60,054 nt of DNA from Acidimicrobiales bacterium (GTDB lineage: Bacteria > Actinomycetota > Acidimicrobiia > Acidimicrobiales > JAUJNH01), in NCBI GenBank assembly GCA_038232515.1, contig JBBSHS010000003.1, forward strand, positions 1-60,054. The letters run 5' to 3'. The translations under genes and the position numbers were made by a program. Numbering within the stretch: position 1 is the stretch's first letter; each line of letters begins with the position of its first letter. Shown here piece by piece: positions 20,511-31,160 of this stretch. The notes under the pieces are model-generated. The model made no database searches, was not told the origin of the DNA, and saw only the letters and a program-made list of their open reading frames with translations.

Positions 20511-21677
20511 ATGGCCGCCGACGCGAAGGACGTGGCCCGCTCTGCTGTCGACGCCGCCGGGGACATGGTCGTGGGCCTCAGCCACCGCATCCACTCCCAT
20601 CCGGAGCTGGGTTTCGAGGAGGTGCGGGCCTCCGCCTGGGTGGCCGAGGCGCTGGACGGCGCCGGCTTTGCCGTCGAGCACGGCTGCTACGGCCTCGACA
20701 CGGCCGTGTCCGCGGTGGCCGGCTCCGGACCGCTACAGCTCACCATCTGCGCCGAGTACGACGCCCTGCCCGGGATCGGCCACGCCTGCGGGCACAACGT
20801 CATCGCCGCCGCGGCCGTGGGTGCGGGCCTCGCCCTGGCGCCGCTGGCCGACGACCTCGGCTTCGGTGTACGGGTACTGGGGACGCCGGCCGAAGAGGGC
20901 GGCGGGGGCAAGATAGTGCTGCTGCGGCAGGGCGCGTTCGCCGGCACCCACGCGGCGATGATGGTCCATCCCTCGCCCGTCGAGGCTGACCGCATGCAGT
21001 GCCTGGCCGTGTCGCATCTCAACGTCGGCTTCCACGGCAGGTCGGCTCACGCCTCGGCTTTCCCCCACCTCGGCCGCAACGCGGCCGACGCCGTCACCGT
21101 GGCCCAGACCGCCATAGGGCTGCTGCGCCAGCACCTGGAGTCCGGCGACCAGGTGCACGGCATCGTCTCCCACGGAGGCGACGCACCCAACATCGTCCCC
21201 GACCACACCACTGGCGTCTGGTACGTACGGGCGCCCGACCTGGCCCGGTTGGCCGAGGTGGAGCCCCGCATAGTGCGCTGCTTCGAAGCCGGGGCGCTGG
21301 CCACCGGGTGCACGGTCGAAATCTCGCCCCAGAGCCCGCCCTACTCCGAGATGGAGACCGACGACGTCACCGCCGCGCTCTACAAGGCCAACGCCGAGGG
21401 CCTGGGCCGCGTCTTCACCTCTGACCCGGCCCGGCGCATGAGCGGAGGTAGCACCGACATGGCCAACGTGTCGCTCGTCGTGCCGACCATCCACCCGATG
21501 CTGGGCCTCGACTGTTATCCCGTGTCCAACCACCAGGCCGAGTTCACCGCCGTGTGCGCCACCGCGGTGGCCGACCGGGCGGCACTGGACGGCGCCCTGG
21601 CCATGGCCTGGACCTGCATCGACCTGGCCGGCGACGAGACCCAGCGCAGCCGCCTCATGGGGCGTCGCTCGACCTGA
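20511..21677 (+). CDS. M20 family amidohydrolase (AbgB/ACY1L2-like)
   Basis: HPELGFEE, EYDALPGIGHACGHN, GTPAEEGGGGK, GSTDMANVS. Confidence 0.92.
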   Translation: MAADAKDVARSAVDAAGDMVVGLSHRIHSHPELGFEEVRASAWVAEALDGAGFAVEHGCYGLDTAVSAVAGSGPLQLTICAEYDALPGIGHACGHNVIAAAAVGAGLALAPLADDLGFGVRVLGTPAEEGGGGKIVLLRQGAFAGTHAAMMVHPSPVEADRMQCLAVSHLNVGFHGRSAHASAFPHLGRNAADAVTVAQTAIGLLRQHLESGDQVHGIVSHGGDAPNIVPDHTTGVWYVRAPDLARLAEVEPRIVRCFEAGALATGCTVEISPQSPPYSEMETDDVTAALYKANAEGLGRVFTSDPARRMSGGSTDMANVSLVVPTIHPMLGLDCYPVSNHQAEFTAVCATAVADRAALDGALAMAWTCIDLAGDETQRSRLMGRRST

Positions 21678-21691
21678 CCGCTCAACGCATG

Positions 21692-21745
21692 AACTCCGGC
21701 GTCACCGTCTCGGGGAGACTGTCCCACTCCTCTGACGGTGGAGTC
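21692..21745. terminator. Imperfect hairpin between convergent genes
   Basis: CACCGTC..GGAG / CTCC..GACGGTG stem; no U-tract. Confidence 0.4.
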
Positions 21746-21792
21746 GGGGCCCGCCGGCCCGGACGGGGCGGCCGGCACACACGGGTGGACCT

Positions 21793-23154
21793 TCAGTCGG
21801 CCGCTTCGGCCAGGGCTTCGGCCAGGGCGGGGTGCACCATCATCGACTCGGCGATGTCGGTCACCTTCAGATGGGCGGTGACGGCCAGGGCGATGACCGA
21901 GATGAGCTCGGCGGCACCCTGGCCCACGATCGAGCCGCCCAGGACCACGCCGGTGTAGGGGTCTGACACCAGTTTCACGAAGCCCCGGCTGTCGCCCAGG
22001 ATCAGGGCCTTGGCGGTGGAGGAGAACGGGACCTTGGTCACCCGGATCTTGCGCCCGGTGGCGAAGGCGTCGGCCTCGGCCAGGCCCACGTCGGCGATCT
22101 CAGGCTCGGTGAAGATGGCGCTGGCCGCCTTGTCGTAGTCCAGGTGGCGGTGGTCCCGGGTGTGCAGGCCCATCACGTGCTCGGCCACCTTGCGGCCCTG
22201 GATCGAGGCCACGCTGGCCAACGGCAGCTTGCCCGAAACATCGCCGGCGGCGTAGACGTGGGCCACGTTGGACTGGCAGTGGTGGTTGATGACGACGTAG
22301 CCACTCCGGTCCACCTCAACGTCGGCCGTCTCCAGGCCGAGCCCGTCGCTGTTGGGTATCGAACCGATGCACAGCAGGGCATGGCTGGCCTCCACCCGCC
22401 GGCCGTCGTCGCACCGCACGGTGACGCCGTCCGGTCGTCGTTCGATGCCCGACGCCCGCGCCCCCTTGAGCAGGTTGACGCCTCGGGCCAGGAAGTCCGA
22501 TTCGAGGGCGGCCGCCACCTCGGGATCCTTGGCGGGCAGCACCTGCTGGCGGCTCACCACGAGGCTGACCTTCGAGCCGAAGGAGGAAAACATGTGGACG
22601 AACTCGACCCCGGTCACCCCCGAGCCGACGACGCACAGGTGGTCGGGCAGCTCGGGGGGCGGGTAGGCCTGGCGGGTGGTCAATAGCCGTCGGCCGTCGG
22701 GCTCGGCCCACTCCGGGATGCGGGACCGGCTGCCGGTGCAAACGAGCACGGCGTCGGCGTCGAGCTCCACCAGGCCTGTGGGAGTCTCGACCACCACCTC
22801 GTGCGGGCCCTTCAGGCGGGCCACGCCGTCGATGAGGCGGACGCCCTGGCTGGTCAACAGCTGGGAGAGGCTGTGGTGGAGGCGGTCCTCGATGAAGGCG
22901 TTGCGCTCCCGTAGGGCGGTGAAGTCCAGGTGGGCCTCCATGCTGGCCAGACCCATGGCCCGGGCCCGCCGGGTGAGCGCCATGGCCCCTCCGGTGGCGA
23001 TCATGGCCTTGGACGGGATGCAGTCCCACAACTGGGCGGCGCCGCCCAGAACGTCCTTCTCGACGAGGGCGACGTCGGCGCCGAGGCGGGCGGCGTAGGT
23101 GGCGGCCTGGTTGCCGGCCGGTCCGCCCCCCATGATCACGAAGCGCACTGCCAT
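21793..23154 (-). CDS. LpdA-type flavoprotein disulfide reductase / NAD(P)H-quinone dehydrogenase
   Basis: ATG 23154, GGGPAG, GGAAQLWDCIPSK (only one Cys of the CxxxxC pair), GSGVTGVE. Confidence 0.88.
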   Translation of the reverse strand: MAVRFVIMGGGPAGNQAATYAARLGADVALVEKDVLGGAAQLWDCIPSKAMIATGGAMALTRRARAMGLASMEAHLDFTALRERNAFIEDRLHHSLSQLLTSQGVRLIDGVARLKGPHEVVVETPTGLVELDADAVLVCTGSRSRIPEWAEPDGRRLLTTRQAYPPPELPDHLCVVGSGVTGVEFVHMFSSFGSKVSLVVSRQQVLPAKDPEVAAALESDFLARGVNLLKGARASGIERRPDGVTVRCDDGRRVEASHALLCIGSIPNSDGLGLETADVEVDRSGYVVINHHCQSNVAHVYAAGDVSGKLPLASVASIQGRKVAEHVMGLHTRDHRHLDYDKAASAIFTEPEIADVGLAEADAFATGRKIRVTKVPFSSTAKALILGDSRGFVKLVSDPYTGVVLGGSIVGQGAAELISVIALAVTAHLKVTDIAESMMVHPALAEALAEAAD

Positions 23155-23196
23155 CTGGTCCAGGCTATTCGCGGTCGGGCGCCCCGGGCCGACTCG

Positions 23197-23271
23197 GTTT
23201 TGGATGGGCCCATATGGGGTTGAGCAAGCTCGATCTGCCTTTGACCACCCCAACATGAGCCCATACCAACC
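23197..23271. repeat. Imperfect ~75-bp intergenic palindrome
   Basis: GGTTTTGGATGGGCCCATATGGGGT pairs imperfectly with ACCCCAACATGAGCCCATACCAACC. Confidence 0.5.
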
Positions 23272-23273
23272 GG

Positions 23274-24272
23274 TCACCTGGGTTCTGAGCGAGGACCTCC
23301 CCATCCTCCGCTCCGGAAGGCGGCCAGAATTCGGTCGGCGCCGGCCGAGGGCGCCAGCTCGCCGGCCACCACCGACCGCTCCACGCCCGCAGCCGTGGCC
23401 GCTACCGCCGGGTCCGAACGCAACGCGGAGCCGAGACGGTCGTGCACGTCGGCCCACAGGGCGTTCCTGGCCTGGCCGGCGCGCAGCCCCGCCATCTCGC
23501 CGGCGTCGACCAACGCCTGCCGCTGCTCCTCGACCGCCGCCCACACCTCGGCCACACCCGCGCCGGTGACGGCCGAGCACAGCAGCACGCGCGGCTTCCA
23601 GGCGGCGGAGCGGGGCCGCAGCAGCCCAAGGGCGTGGCCGTAGTCGGCCGCCGCCAGCCGGGCGGGGGCGGCGAGGTCGCCGTCGGCCTTGGTCACCACG
23701 ACCACGTCGGCCAGTTCCATGACGCCCCGCTTGATCCCCTGCAGATCGTCGCCACCGCCGGGCGCCACCAGCAGCACGAAGCAGTCCACCATGGCGGCCA
23801 CGGCCACCTCGGACTGCCCGACACCGACGGTCTCGACCACCACCACGTCGAAACCGGCGGCCTCGCACAACAGCAGCGCCTCCCTGGTCCGCCGGGCCAC
23901 CCCGCCCTGGGTGCGGCCCGCCGGCGTCGGGCGGATGAAGGCCTGGGGCGCCCGGGCCAGCTTGCCCATCCGGGTCTTGTCACCCAGTATCGAGCCGCCC
24001 GAGCGGGTGGACGACGGATCGATGGCCAGCACCGCGATCGTGAGGTCACGCTCCACCAGGCGGGAGCCGAGAGCCTCGACGAAGGTCGACTTGCCCACGC
24101 CCGGCGCACCCGAGATGCCCACCCGCACCGCACCCCCGGTGGCAGGCATCACGGCCTGGAGCAGGGCGGAGGCCACGGCGGCATGGTCGGAGCGCCTCGA
24201 CTCGACCAGCGTGATGGCCCGGGCCAGTGCCCGCCGGTCCCCCGCCATCACCGCCTGGGCCAGAGCCGCCAT
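23274..24272 (-). CDS. meaB: Methylmalonyl-CoA mutase-associated GTPase
   Basis: GAPGVGKST, DPSS..SGGSILGDKTRM, ETVGVGQSE, GDDLQGIKRG. Confidence 0.95.
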   Translation of the reverse strand: MAALAQAVMAGDRRALARAITLVESRRSDHAAVASALLQAVMPATGGAVRVGISGAPGVGKSTFVEALGSRLVERDLTIAVLAIDPSSTRSGGSILGDKTRMGKLARAPQAFIRPTPAGRTQGGVARRTREALLLCEAAGFDVVVVETVGVGQSEVAVAAMVDCFVLLVAPGGGDDLQGIKRGVMELADVVVVTKADGDLAAPARLAAADYGHALGLLRPRSAAWKPRVLLCSAVTGAGVAEVWAAVEEQRQALVDAGEMAGLRAGQARNALWADVHDRLGSALRSDPAVAATAAGVERSVVAGELAPSAGADRILAAFRSGGWGGPRSEPR

Positions 24273-24277
24273 TCGGG

Positions 24278-26407
24278 CTATTGGGCCGCTCGGCGGCGCC
24301 TGACCATGTCGAGCACCCGGCTGGCGGCGGCCGGGATGTTGGTGCCCGGGCCGAAGATGGCGGCTACGCCGGCGTCGAGGAGAGCCTGATGGTCACCAGG
24401 CGGGATCACCCCGCCGCACACCACCAACACGTCGCCCGCCCCCGCCTGGCGCAGGGCGGCGATGAGCTGGGGCACCAGGATCATGTGCCCGGCGGCCTGG
24501 GAGCTGACGCCGACGACGTGTACGTCGTTGTCCATGGCGTCGCCCGCCGCCTCGTCTGGCGTCTGGAACAGTGGGCCGACGTCGATGTCGAAGCCCAGGT
24601 CGGCGAAAGCTGCGGCGATGACGTGGGCGCCCCGGTCGTGGCCGTCCTGGCCCAGCTTGGCCACCAGCATGCGGGGCCGGCGTCCCTCCTCGGCCGCGAA
24701 GGCCTCGACATCGCGGTGGACCCGCTCGTACTCCTCGTCGCCGTCGTAGACGGCGCCGTAGACCCCCGACAGCGGACGGGTCACCGCTTGGTGCCGGCCG
24801 AAGACCCGCTCCAAGGTGTCGCTCACCTCGCCCACCGTGGCCCGGGCCCGGACGGCGTCGATGGCCAGAGCCAGGAGGTTGGCGTCGCCCCGGGCTCCGG
24901 CCTCCAACGCCCCGAGGGCGGCCTCGACGGCGGCGGCGTCGCGGCCGGCCCGGAGCTGTCGGAGCCGGCGGACCTGCGCCTCGAGCACCACCGTGTTGTC
25001 GATGGCCAGCACGTCGACGTGACCGGGGTTCTCCACCCGGAACCGGTTGACGCCGACCACGATCTCCTCGCCCCGGTCGATGCGGGCCTGACGCCGGGCG
25101 GCCGATTCCTCTATGCGGGCCTTGGGCAGGCCCGAGGCCACCGCCTTGGTCATGCCGCCGAGCGCCTCCACCTCCTCTATGACCGCCCACGCCTTGTCAG
25201 CCAGATCGTGGGTGAGGGCCTCGACGTAGTAGGAGCCACCCAGCGGGTCGACCACGTGGGGGATCCCCGTCTCCTCGGCCAGGATCAGCTGGGTGTTGCG
25301 GGCGAGGCGGGCGCTGAGCTCGGTGGGTAGGCCGAGGGCCTCGTCGAAGGCATTGGCGTGCAGGCTCTGGGTGCCCCCCAGCACCGCCGCCAGAGCCTCG
25401 AGGGTCGTGCGCACGACGTTGTTGTAGGGGTCCTGCTCGGTCAGGGAGACGCCACTGGTCTGACAGTGCATGCGCAACATCGAAGACTCCGGCCGGCCCG
25501 GCGAGAACTGCGACATGGCCCGGTGCCACAACACCCGGGCGGCCCGCAGCTTGGCCACCTCCATGAACAGGTTCATGCCGATGGCGAAGAAGAAGCTCAG
25601 TCGGGGGGCGAAGGCGTCGACGTCCAGGCCCGTCGACAGCGCCGCCCGCACGTATTCGAGCCCGTCGGCAATGGTGAAACCCAGCTCCTGATCAGCCGTG
25701 GCCCCCGCTTCCTGCATGTGGTAGCCGGAGATCGAGATGGAGTTGAACCTGGGCATGTGCCGGGCCGTGTAGCCGATGATGTCGGACACGATCCGCATGC
25801 TGGGCCCGGGCGGGTAGATGTAGGTGTTGCGGACCGTGAACTCCTTCAGGATGTCGTTCTGGATGGTGCCCGACAGCTGCTCGGGGCTCACCCCCTGTTC
25901 TTCGGCGGCGACGATGTAGCCGGCCAGCACGGGCAGGACCGCACCATTCATGGTCATCGACACGCTCATCCGGTCGAGCGGGATGCCGTCGAACAGGATC
26001 TTCATGTCCTCCACGGAATCGACGGCCACCCCCGCCTTGCCCACGTCGCCCACCACCCGCGGGTGGTCCGAGTCGTAACCACGATGGGTGGCGAGGTCGA
26101 AGGCCACCGACAACCCCGTCTGGCCGGCGGCCAGGTTGCGCCGGTAGAAGCCGTTGGACGCCTCGGCCGTGGAGAACCCGGCGTACTGGCGGATGGTCCA
26201 CGGCCGGTGGGCGTACATCGTGGCCCGCGGGCCCCGCCTGAACGGCGGTGAGCCAGGCAGATCGTCGATCCCGTCGGGCAGGTCGGCGGCGCTGTAGAGG
26301 GGCCGGACGGCTATGCCCTCGGGCGTGTGCCAGACGAGGGTGTCGGGGTCGGCGCCGCCTAGATCCCAGGTGGCCCGTTCCCGCCACCGGTCCAGCCCCT
26401 CAGGCAT
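24278..26407 (-). CDS. scpA: Methylmalonyl-CoA mutase (AdoCbl-dependent)
   Basis: [39 protein letters not shown]12-binding motif. Start ATG 26407 (alternative TTG 26443). Confidence 0.96.
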   Translation of the reverse strand: MPEGLDRWRERATWDLGGADPDTLVWHTPEGIAVRPLYSAADLPDGIDDLPGSPPFRRGPRATMYAHRPWTIRQYAGFSTAEASNGFYRRNLAAGQTGLSVAFDLATHRGYDSDHPRVVGDVGKAGVAVDSVEDMKILFDGIPLDRMSVSMTMNGAVLPVLAGYIVAAEEQGVSPEQLSGTIQNDILKEFTVRNTYIYPPGPSMRIVSDIIGYTARHMPRFNSISISGYHMQEAGATADQELGFTIADGLEYVRAALSTGLDVDAFAPRLSFFFAIGMNLFMEVAKLRAARVLWHRAMSQFSPGRPESSMLRMHCQTSGVSLTEQDPYNNVVRTTLEALAAVLGGTQSLHANAFDEALGLPTELSARLARNTQLILAEETGIPHVVDPLGGSYYVEALTHDLADKAWAVIEEVEALGGMTKAVASGLPKARIEESAARRQARIDRGEEIVVGVNRFRVENPGHVDVLAIDNTVVLEAQVRRLRQLRAGRDAAAVEAALGALEAGARGDANLLALAIDAVRARATVGEVSDTLERVFGRHQAVTRPLSGVYGAVYDGDEEYERVHRDVEAFAAEEGRRPRMLVAKLGQDGHDRGAHVIAAAFADLGFDIDVGPLFQTPDEAAGDAMDNDVHVVGVSSQAAGHMILVPQLIAALRQAGAGDVLVVCGGVIPPGDHQALLDAGVAAIFGPGTNIPAAASRVLDMVRRRRAAQ

Positions 26408-26481
26408 GTCGGCCAGCCTGTCCAACCCCGGCCGTGGCGTCAATGCCGCCGGGCCCCCGGCCGTCGGGCACCGACGGCACC

Positions 26482-28185
26482 TCAGAGGGGGATGCGCACC
26501 GGCACGGCGTCGGTGTAGGTGCGGTTGCCCGAGCGGACCACGATGGGGTGGGCCCGCGCCGAGGGCATCAGGTAGATGGACTTGTCGGCATCGGGAAGCG
26601 AGAAGTCGACGGTGACGGTCCTGGTCTGGCCTTCGGGCACGGCGAACTGCAGCATCGCCACCTTCATCGGCCCGTCGGTCCCCGAACGGGAGAATGGTGG
26701 ATCGGCGGAACCGACGGCGAAGACGTCCCGGGGCAGGTAGAGGGCCAGGAGCACGATGTGGTCGTTGAGCGTCAGGTGGGCTGCCTTGGCGTAGGCGACG
26801 CCGTCGATGACGTCCGACGTCGGGTCACGGTGGGGATTGGGGACGGTGACCGTCAGGCGCAGGCGTCGCCAGCCATGGCCCTTCTTGACGGTCTTCAGGT
26901 TGGCACTCGGGTTGATGTACCAGTCGGTCTTGTCGGCCGAGCGGTTGTTGAGGTTGAGCATGAGACCGTCGGGCTGGAGGGCGCCGTCGGCTCCCATCCG
27001 CTGCCACAAGCCGTTCTGGGCAGGGTCCTGCGACCATCCGAGCAGGTGACGTCCCTTGGCCTCGGCCAGGAGCACCCGGGCCAGGCCGGCCAGCGAGACG
27101 TGCCGGGTGCGCAGGGCGTCGAAGGCGGCCACGGCCACCTGGCTCTGCAGGTCACCCCTCTGGGACCGGACGTCGTCGACCGGGAAGCGCAGGTAGTCCT
27201 CGTTCAGGATCTGCTGGGCGGCGTTGGTGTAGTCGATGTGCACCCCGGCGACGTCGATCGGGCCGGTGACGGCCAGGACCCCGGCGAGGGCGATGGCGTC
27301 GACCTCGATGACGCCGTCGACGTGACCCAACCCGGCCTTCTCGGCGATGGCGGCGTCCACCGGTGCGACCTCGGGGAAGTTCGGGGAGGACGACAGCGGC
27401 CTGAAGTCGCGTCCAGACTGCTCCCAGCCCCAGAGGGCCTCGATGTCGGCAGGCATGGGCACGGGTGTCGGAACCGTGTAGGCCTCGCTGTGCTTGAACG
27501 CTCCGATCTGGACGTCGCCGTTGCTGATCTCGGCCAGACCGGCGCTGGCGGTGACACCCCCGGCCCTGATCTCGGCGTTGTTGGCCGCCAGCACCAGATA
27601 GGTGCCGGGCCCACCCAGGAGCTGCCGGGCCTGGCCGGCGAGGTGGTCAGCGTCGGCCAGCCGCCCGTCGAGCCGGGCCAGCTCCCGCTGGGCCGATCTG
27701 CGGGCGCTGGCCAATGGCGGCACCAGCGGCCCTTTGGCGCCCACGGTGACCCCGTCCAGACTGGCCCGGGCACGGCGTTCGACGGTGATGGCCGTGTCCA
27801 GCAGCTCCAGGCGGGCGGACCCGGTCCCGGCACCGGCGTCGAGCTGGGGCTGGATGGTGTGTGCGGCATTGCCGCCGATGACCCCCAGCTGCACGGCCAC
27901 ACCGGTCAGGCCCTGTACGGCGTGGACCTGGCCGCTGAGGAGGGGAACGTGGGCGGCCAACCGCAGAGGCAGCCCGTGACGGGCTATACCGTCGGCCCGG
28001 ACAATGTGCCTGTTGGCGGAGTCGGCGGCAGCCGCCACTCCGCCCGGGCGATTGGCCGAGACCAGCGACAGACCGAGCAGATCACTCTTGCCCACGTTGA
28101 CCTCGTGGTGGACCCTCAGTAGGTCGACGGCGGCCCAGGCCACCAACCCGAAGAGGACGAGGAGGAGCCCGATGCAGGCGGTCAC
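26482..28185 (-). CDS. DUF4012 domain membrane-anchored protein
   Basis: N-terminal TM, helical region, [25 protein letters not shown]...LAVTGPI, NN...KTDWY. The start may lie a few codons upstream. Confidence 0.8.
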   Translation of the reverse strand: MTACIGLLLVLFGLVAWAAVDLLRVHHEVNVGKSDLLGLSLVSANRPGGVAAAADSANRHIVRADGIARHGLPLRLAAHVPLLSGQVHAVQGLTGVAVQLGVIGGNAAHTIQPQLDAGAGTGSARLELLDTAITVERRARASLDGVTVGAKGPLVPPLASARRSAQRELARLDGRLADADHLAGQARQLLGGPGTYLVLAANNAEIRAGGVTASAGLAEISNGDVQIGAFKHSEAYTVPTPVPMPADIEALWGWEQSGRDFRPLSSSPNFPEVAPVDAAIAEKAGLGHVDGVIEVDAIALAGVLAVTGPIDVAGVHIDYTNAAQQILNEDYLRFPVDDVRSQRGDLQSQVAVAAFDALRTRHVSLAGLARVLLAEAKGRHLLGWSQDPAQNGLWQRMGADGALQPDGLMLNLNNRSADKTDWYINPSANLKTVKKGHGWRRLRLTVTVPNPHRDPTSDVIDGVAYAKAAHLTLNDHIVLLALYLPRDVFAVGSADPPFSRSGTDGPMKVAMLQFAVPEGQTRTVTVDFSLPDADKSIYLMPSARAHPIVVRSGNRTYTDAVPVRIPL

Positions 28186-28208
28186 CGCCGGTCGGCGGCG
28201 AAGACGGC

Positions 28209-28532
28209 TCAGTTTCGGCGAGCTCCGACCACTCGCCTGGTCACCACGGCGCCGCCGGTAAGCAGGCCAGCGCCGACCAGCAGCACCAAGTCATTGGTTC
28301 CCGTGGCGGGCAGCGATCCGGTGGTGTTGGAACCCACCGAGGGAAAGAGGTTGGTGGCGGTGGTGGTGACGGTGGTGCCGCCCGGACCGCTGGGACCGGT
28401 GGGACCGCCGGGACCGGTGGGACCGGGGGGACCGGGGGGACCGGTCTGTGCCGAGGCCACGCCGGTCAGTGCGGCCATGCCGAGGCCACCGCCGATGACC
28501 GCTGTCGCAAACAGCTTGGGAATGGTACGCAA
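28209..28532 (-). CDS. Small secreted collagen-like protein with LPXTG-type sorting signal
   Basis: GGAAGGAAG RBS + TTG, signal peptide ending ASA-Q, 7 Gly-Pro-X triplets, Thr/Ser-rich stretch, LPATG, hydrophobic helix, RR..RR tail. Confidence 0.85.
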   Translation of the reverse strand: MRTIPKLFATAVIGGGLGMAALTGVASAQTGPPGPPGPTGPGGPTGPSGPGGTTVTTTATNLFPSVGSNTTGSLPATGTNDLVLLVGAGLLTGGAVVTRRVVGARRN

Positions 28533-28642
28533 CCGGACTTCCTTCCGTCGTGGCGAGGCTCATCGAGCCCCTGCCATGAATCACTCCGCAATGTAGGACA
28601 CTTCGGCCGGCAGCGCCAACACACTGCGCTCGAGGAGGTCCC

Positions 28643-29827
28643 TCAGGCCGCTGGCGCCTGCACCGGGTGCTGCATGCACAGCTCATCGTACTCGGCCACG
28701 ACGAGGCGGTCGGGATCCACCGAGCAGGCAGCGCAGTCCGGGTCCTTGCGCATCTTGAAGGTCCGGAACGTCTCCTCCAGGGAGTCGTAGGCCAGCAACC
28801 GGCCGACCAGGGGCTGGCCCAGGCCGAGGAGGAGCTTCATGGTCTCCATGGCCTGCAGGCAGCCGATGATGCCGGGCAGCACCCCGAGGACACCGGCCTC
28901 CGAGCAGCTGGGGGCCAACTCGGGCGGGGGCGGCTCGGGGATGAAGCAGCGGTAGCAGGGCCCGTGGGCTGGGTCCAGCACCGTGACCTGCCCCTCGAAG
29001 CGGAAGATCGAGCCGTGGACGACGGGGATGCCGCCCTTTTTCAAGGCTGCGTCGTTCAGCAGGTAGCGGGTGGGGAAGTTGTCGGTGCCGTCGACGATCA
29101 CGTCGTAGCCGTCGATCACGTCAAGGATGTTGTCGGCGCCCAACCTCACGTCGTAGGTGACCACGTCGACGTCGGGGTTGAGGGCGGTGAGGGTCTTCTT
29201 GGCCGAGTCGACCTTGCGCTCGCCGATGCGGTCCAGGTTGTGCATGACCTGGCGCTGGAGGGTGGAGGCGTCCACCACGTCCATGTCGACGATGCCGAGG
29301 GTGCCGACCCCGGCGGCGGCCAGGTACAGGCCGGCCGGCGAGCCCAGCCCGCCCGCGCCCAGCAGCAGGACCCGTGACTCGAGCAGCTTGAGCTGGCCCT
29401 TCTCTGCCACCTCGGGCAGCAGTAGGTGGCGCTGGTAACGGTTGCGCTGCTCGGCACTGAGCGTGGCCGGGGTCTTCCACGGCCGGCCTTCGTTCTTCCA
29501 CTTGCCGAAGCCCCCGGCCACGGACGCGACGTTCGCGTAGCCGAGCTGGCGGAGGGTGTCGGCCGCAAATGCGCTACGGGTGCCGCCGGCGCAGTACACG
29601 ATCACTTCGGCGTCGTGGTCGGGCACCTTGGACTCGACCTGACTCTCGAGGAAGCCACGAGGGACGTGGAGGGCACCACTGAGCGCCCCCTGTTCGTACT
29701 CGTCGGCTTCGCGCACGTCGAGCACCACCGGGGCCGGGCTGGCCTGGGCCCTCCGCTCTGCCTCCCCGGTATCGATCTCGGTGATGCGGCTCTTGGCCTG
29801 GGCCAGCAGGTCTCGCATGGTGGGCAT
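28643..29827 (-). CDS. moeB: Rhodanese-MoeB/ThiF fusion (sulfur-carrier adenylyltransferase/sulfurtransferase)
   Basis: N-terminal rhodanese (DVRE..E, YCAGGTRS), then RYQRH, GAGGLGSP, DGTDNF, CYRC, SCSEAGVLG, CAAC. GGAGGT RBS. Confidence 0.93.
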   Translation of the reverse strand: MPTMRDLLAQAKSRITEIDTGEAERRAQASPAPVVLDVREADEYEQGALSGALHVPRGFLESQVESKVPDHDAEVIVYCAGGTRSAFAADTLRQLGYANVASVAGGFGKWKNEGRPWKTPATLSAEQRNRYQRHLLLPEVAEKGQLKLLESRVLLLGAGGLGSPAGLYLAAAGVGTLGIVDMDVVDASTLQRQVMHNLDRIGERKVDSAKKTLTALNPDVDVVTYDVRLGADNILDVIDGYDVIVDGTDNFPTRYLLNDAALKKGGIPVVHGSIFRFEGQVTVLDPAHGPCYRCFIPEPPPPELAPSCSEAGVLGVLPGIIGCLQAMETMKLLLGLGQPLVGRLLAYDSLEETFRTFKMRKDPDCAACSVDPDRLVVAEYDELCMQHPVQAPAA

Positions 29828-29998
29828 GGTGGATCGACCTCCAGGTGGGGCGGTACAGACCGAAACGCTACCCGTCGAGTCAAGATTCCCCCACCTTGTC
29901 CGGGGTCAGTGCCAGGCGCAGGCAGGGCCACGTCGCCGCCGCCAGGCCCGCTGAGCCGGACGGGGCGTGTGGGAGGAGGGACTTTGGCCCTCCGCCGA

Positions 29999-30433
29999 CT
30001 ATTTCAGCGTGCCCTTCAGCTGACCGACCTGGACGACCCCACCCGGGCCCAAGGCGGTGAACAGTTGTCGGACGACGATCCGGCAGGTGCTCGACGTGCC
30101 CGCCGCCGGCGGCAGCAGGGCCACCGCCACCTGGCCGCTCGAGGTCACGAGCTCTGATGGGCCGGTGCCCACGGGACCGGTAACGGTGAGGTCTGTGCAC
30201 ACCTGGCTCAAGGCCGGGTCGAGGCGGACCCGGGCCTTGCCCGTCACCGCACCTCCCGGGGCGGCAAGGTCGGCGACGAGCAGCGTCGATCCGGCGGGGA
30301 CGTTGGTGCCGATGGTCGTGGCCGGCTCCCCGGCCGGGCCGATGGTCCCACCGGTGTCGTTCGTCCCGCAGCCGGCGGCTGCCATCACCGCCACCAGCCC
30401 CACCACCACCGCCCCCGCTCGCCCTCGTCGCAC
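29999..30433 (-). CDS. Small lipoprotein (possibly CHRD-like beta domain)
   Basis: AAGC lipobox after a hydrophobic stretch; ends GQLKGTL. Start GTG 30433 lies 7 nt after TAGTGT. Confidence 0.6.
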   Translation of the reverse strand: MRRGRAGAVVVGLVAVMAAAGCGTNDTGGTIGPAGEPATTIGTNVPAGSTLLVADLAAPGGAVTGKARVRLDPALSQVCTDLTVTGPVGTGPSELVTSSGQVAVALLPPAAGTSSTCRIVVRQLFTALGPGGVVQVGQLKGTLK

Positions 30434-30508
30434 GCCCCGCACACTACGGTCAACCGCCGTGCCTGTCGGCTTGCTCGCTCGGGGGCTTCCCCCCTGCGGG
30501 CGGATCTA

Positions 30509-31108
30509 GTGGAGCTGTGCGATGCCGTCCTGGGGCGGCACATGACCCGCAGCTTCGACGGCCGGCCCGTCCCCGCCGCCGTCGTCGACCGGGTGCTGGC
30601 GGCCGGGCTGCACGCCCCCTCGGCGGGGTTCACCCAGGGCTGGGCCTTCGTGGCGCTCCAAGGCCAGCGCCAGACCGAAGCGGTGTGGGCCGCGGCCGAG
30701 GACGCCGACCGGCGGTCGGTCTCGACCCGCCGGGGACGGGAGCGGGCCCCGGTCGTGGTGCTGGCGATGTGCTCGGCGGCCGCCTACACGGCCCGTTACG
30801 CCGAAGCGGACAAGGTGGGCGGCGGTCTCGACCACGAGGCGGCGTGGCCCGTGCCCTACTGGTTCTGCGACACCGCCATGGCGGTCATGCTCATGCTCCT
30901 CACCGCCGTCGAAGAGGGCCTGGGAGCGTTGTGGTTCGGACTGTTCCGGGGCGAAGCCGCCCTACTGGAGTCCCTGGGCGTGCCGGAGGGCTGGAGGGCC
31001 GTGGGCGGCCTGGCCCTGGGCTGGCCGGACGGAGCAGACCACCCGTCGTCGTCCCGCCGGCGAGGCCGGCGCCCGCTCGACGAGGTGGTCCACCGGGGCC
31101 GTTGGTAG
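30509..31108 (+). CDS. Nitroreductase family protein
   Basis: RHMTRSF, APSAGFTQGW, VPYW..D, EGLGALWFG, VVHRGRW. Confidence 0.9.
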   Translation: MELCDAVLGRHMTRSFDGRPVPAAVVDRVLAAGLHAPSAGFTQGWAFVALQGQRQTEAVWAAAEDADRRSVSTRRGRERAPVVVLAMCSAAAYTARYAEADKVGGGLDHEAAWPVPYWFCDTAMAVMLMLLTAVEEGLGALWFGLFRGEAALLESLGVPEGWRAVGGLALGWPDGADHPSSSRRRGRRPLDEVVHRGRW

Positions 31109-31160
31109 GGCGAAGGGGGCGTCCCCGACGGCACCGGCCAGCACTGGCGGCATTTCGCCC

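Noticed and set aside
21793-23154. Second dihydrolipoamide dehydrogenase
   Set aside because: It lacks the first redox Cys, so it is LpdA-type. The true E3 is at 44788-46179.
26248-28122. Long antisense/shadow ORFs (also 1028..2608, 2898..4727, 9571..11700, 42602..44656, 44854..46692)
   Set aside because: They are opposite-strand or shifted frames of well-supported genes, with Arg/Gly/Pro-rich composition and no motifs.
29885-29906. Rrf2/CymR-like operator upstream of moeB (ATTCCCCCACCTTGTCCGGGGT)
   Set aside because: The symmetry is too weak in GC-rich DNA to support without comparative data.
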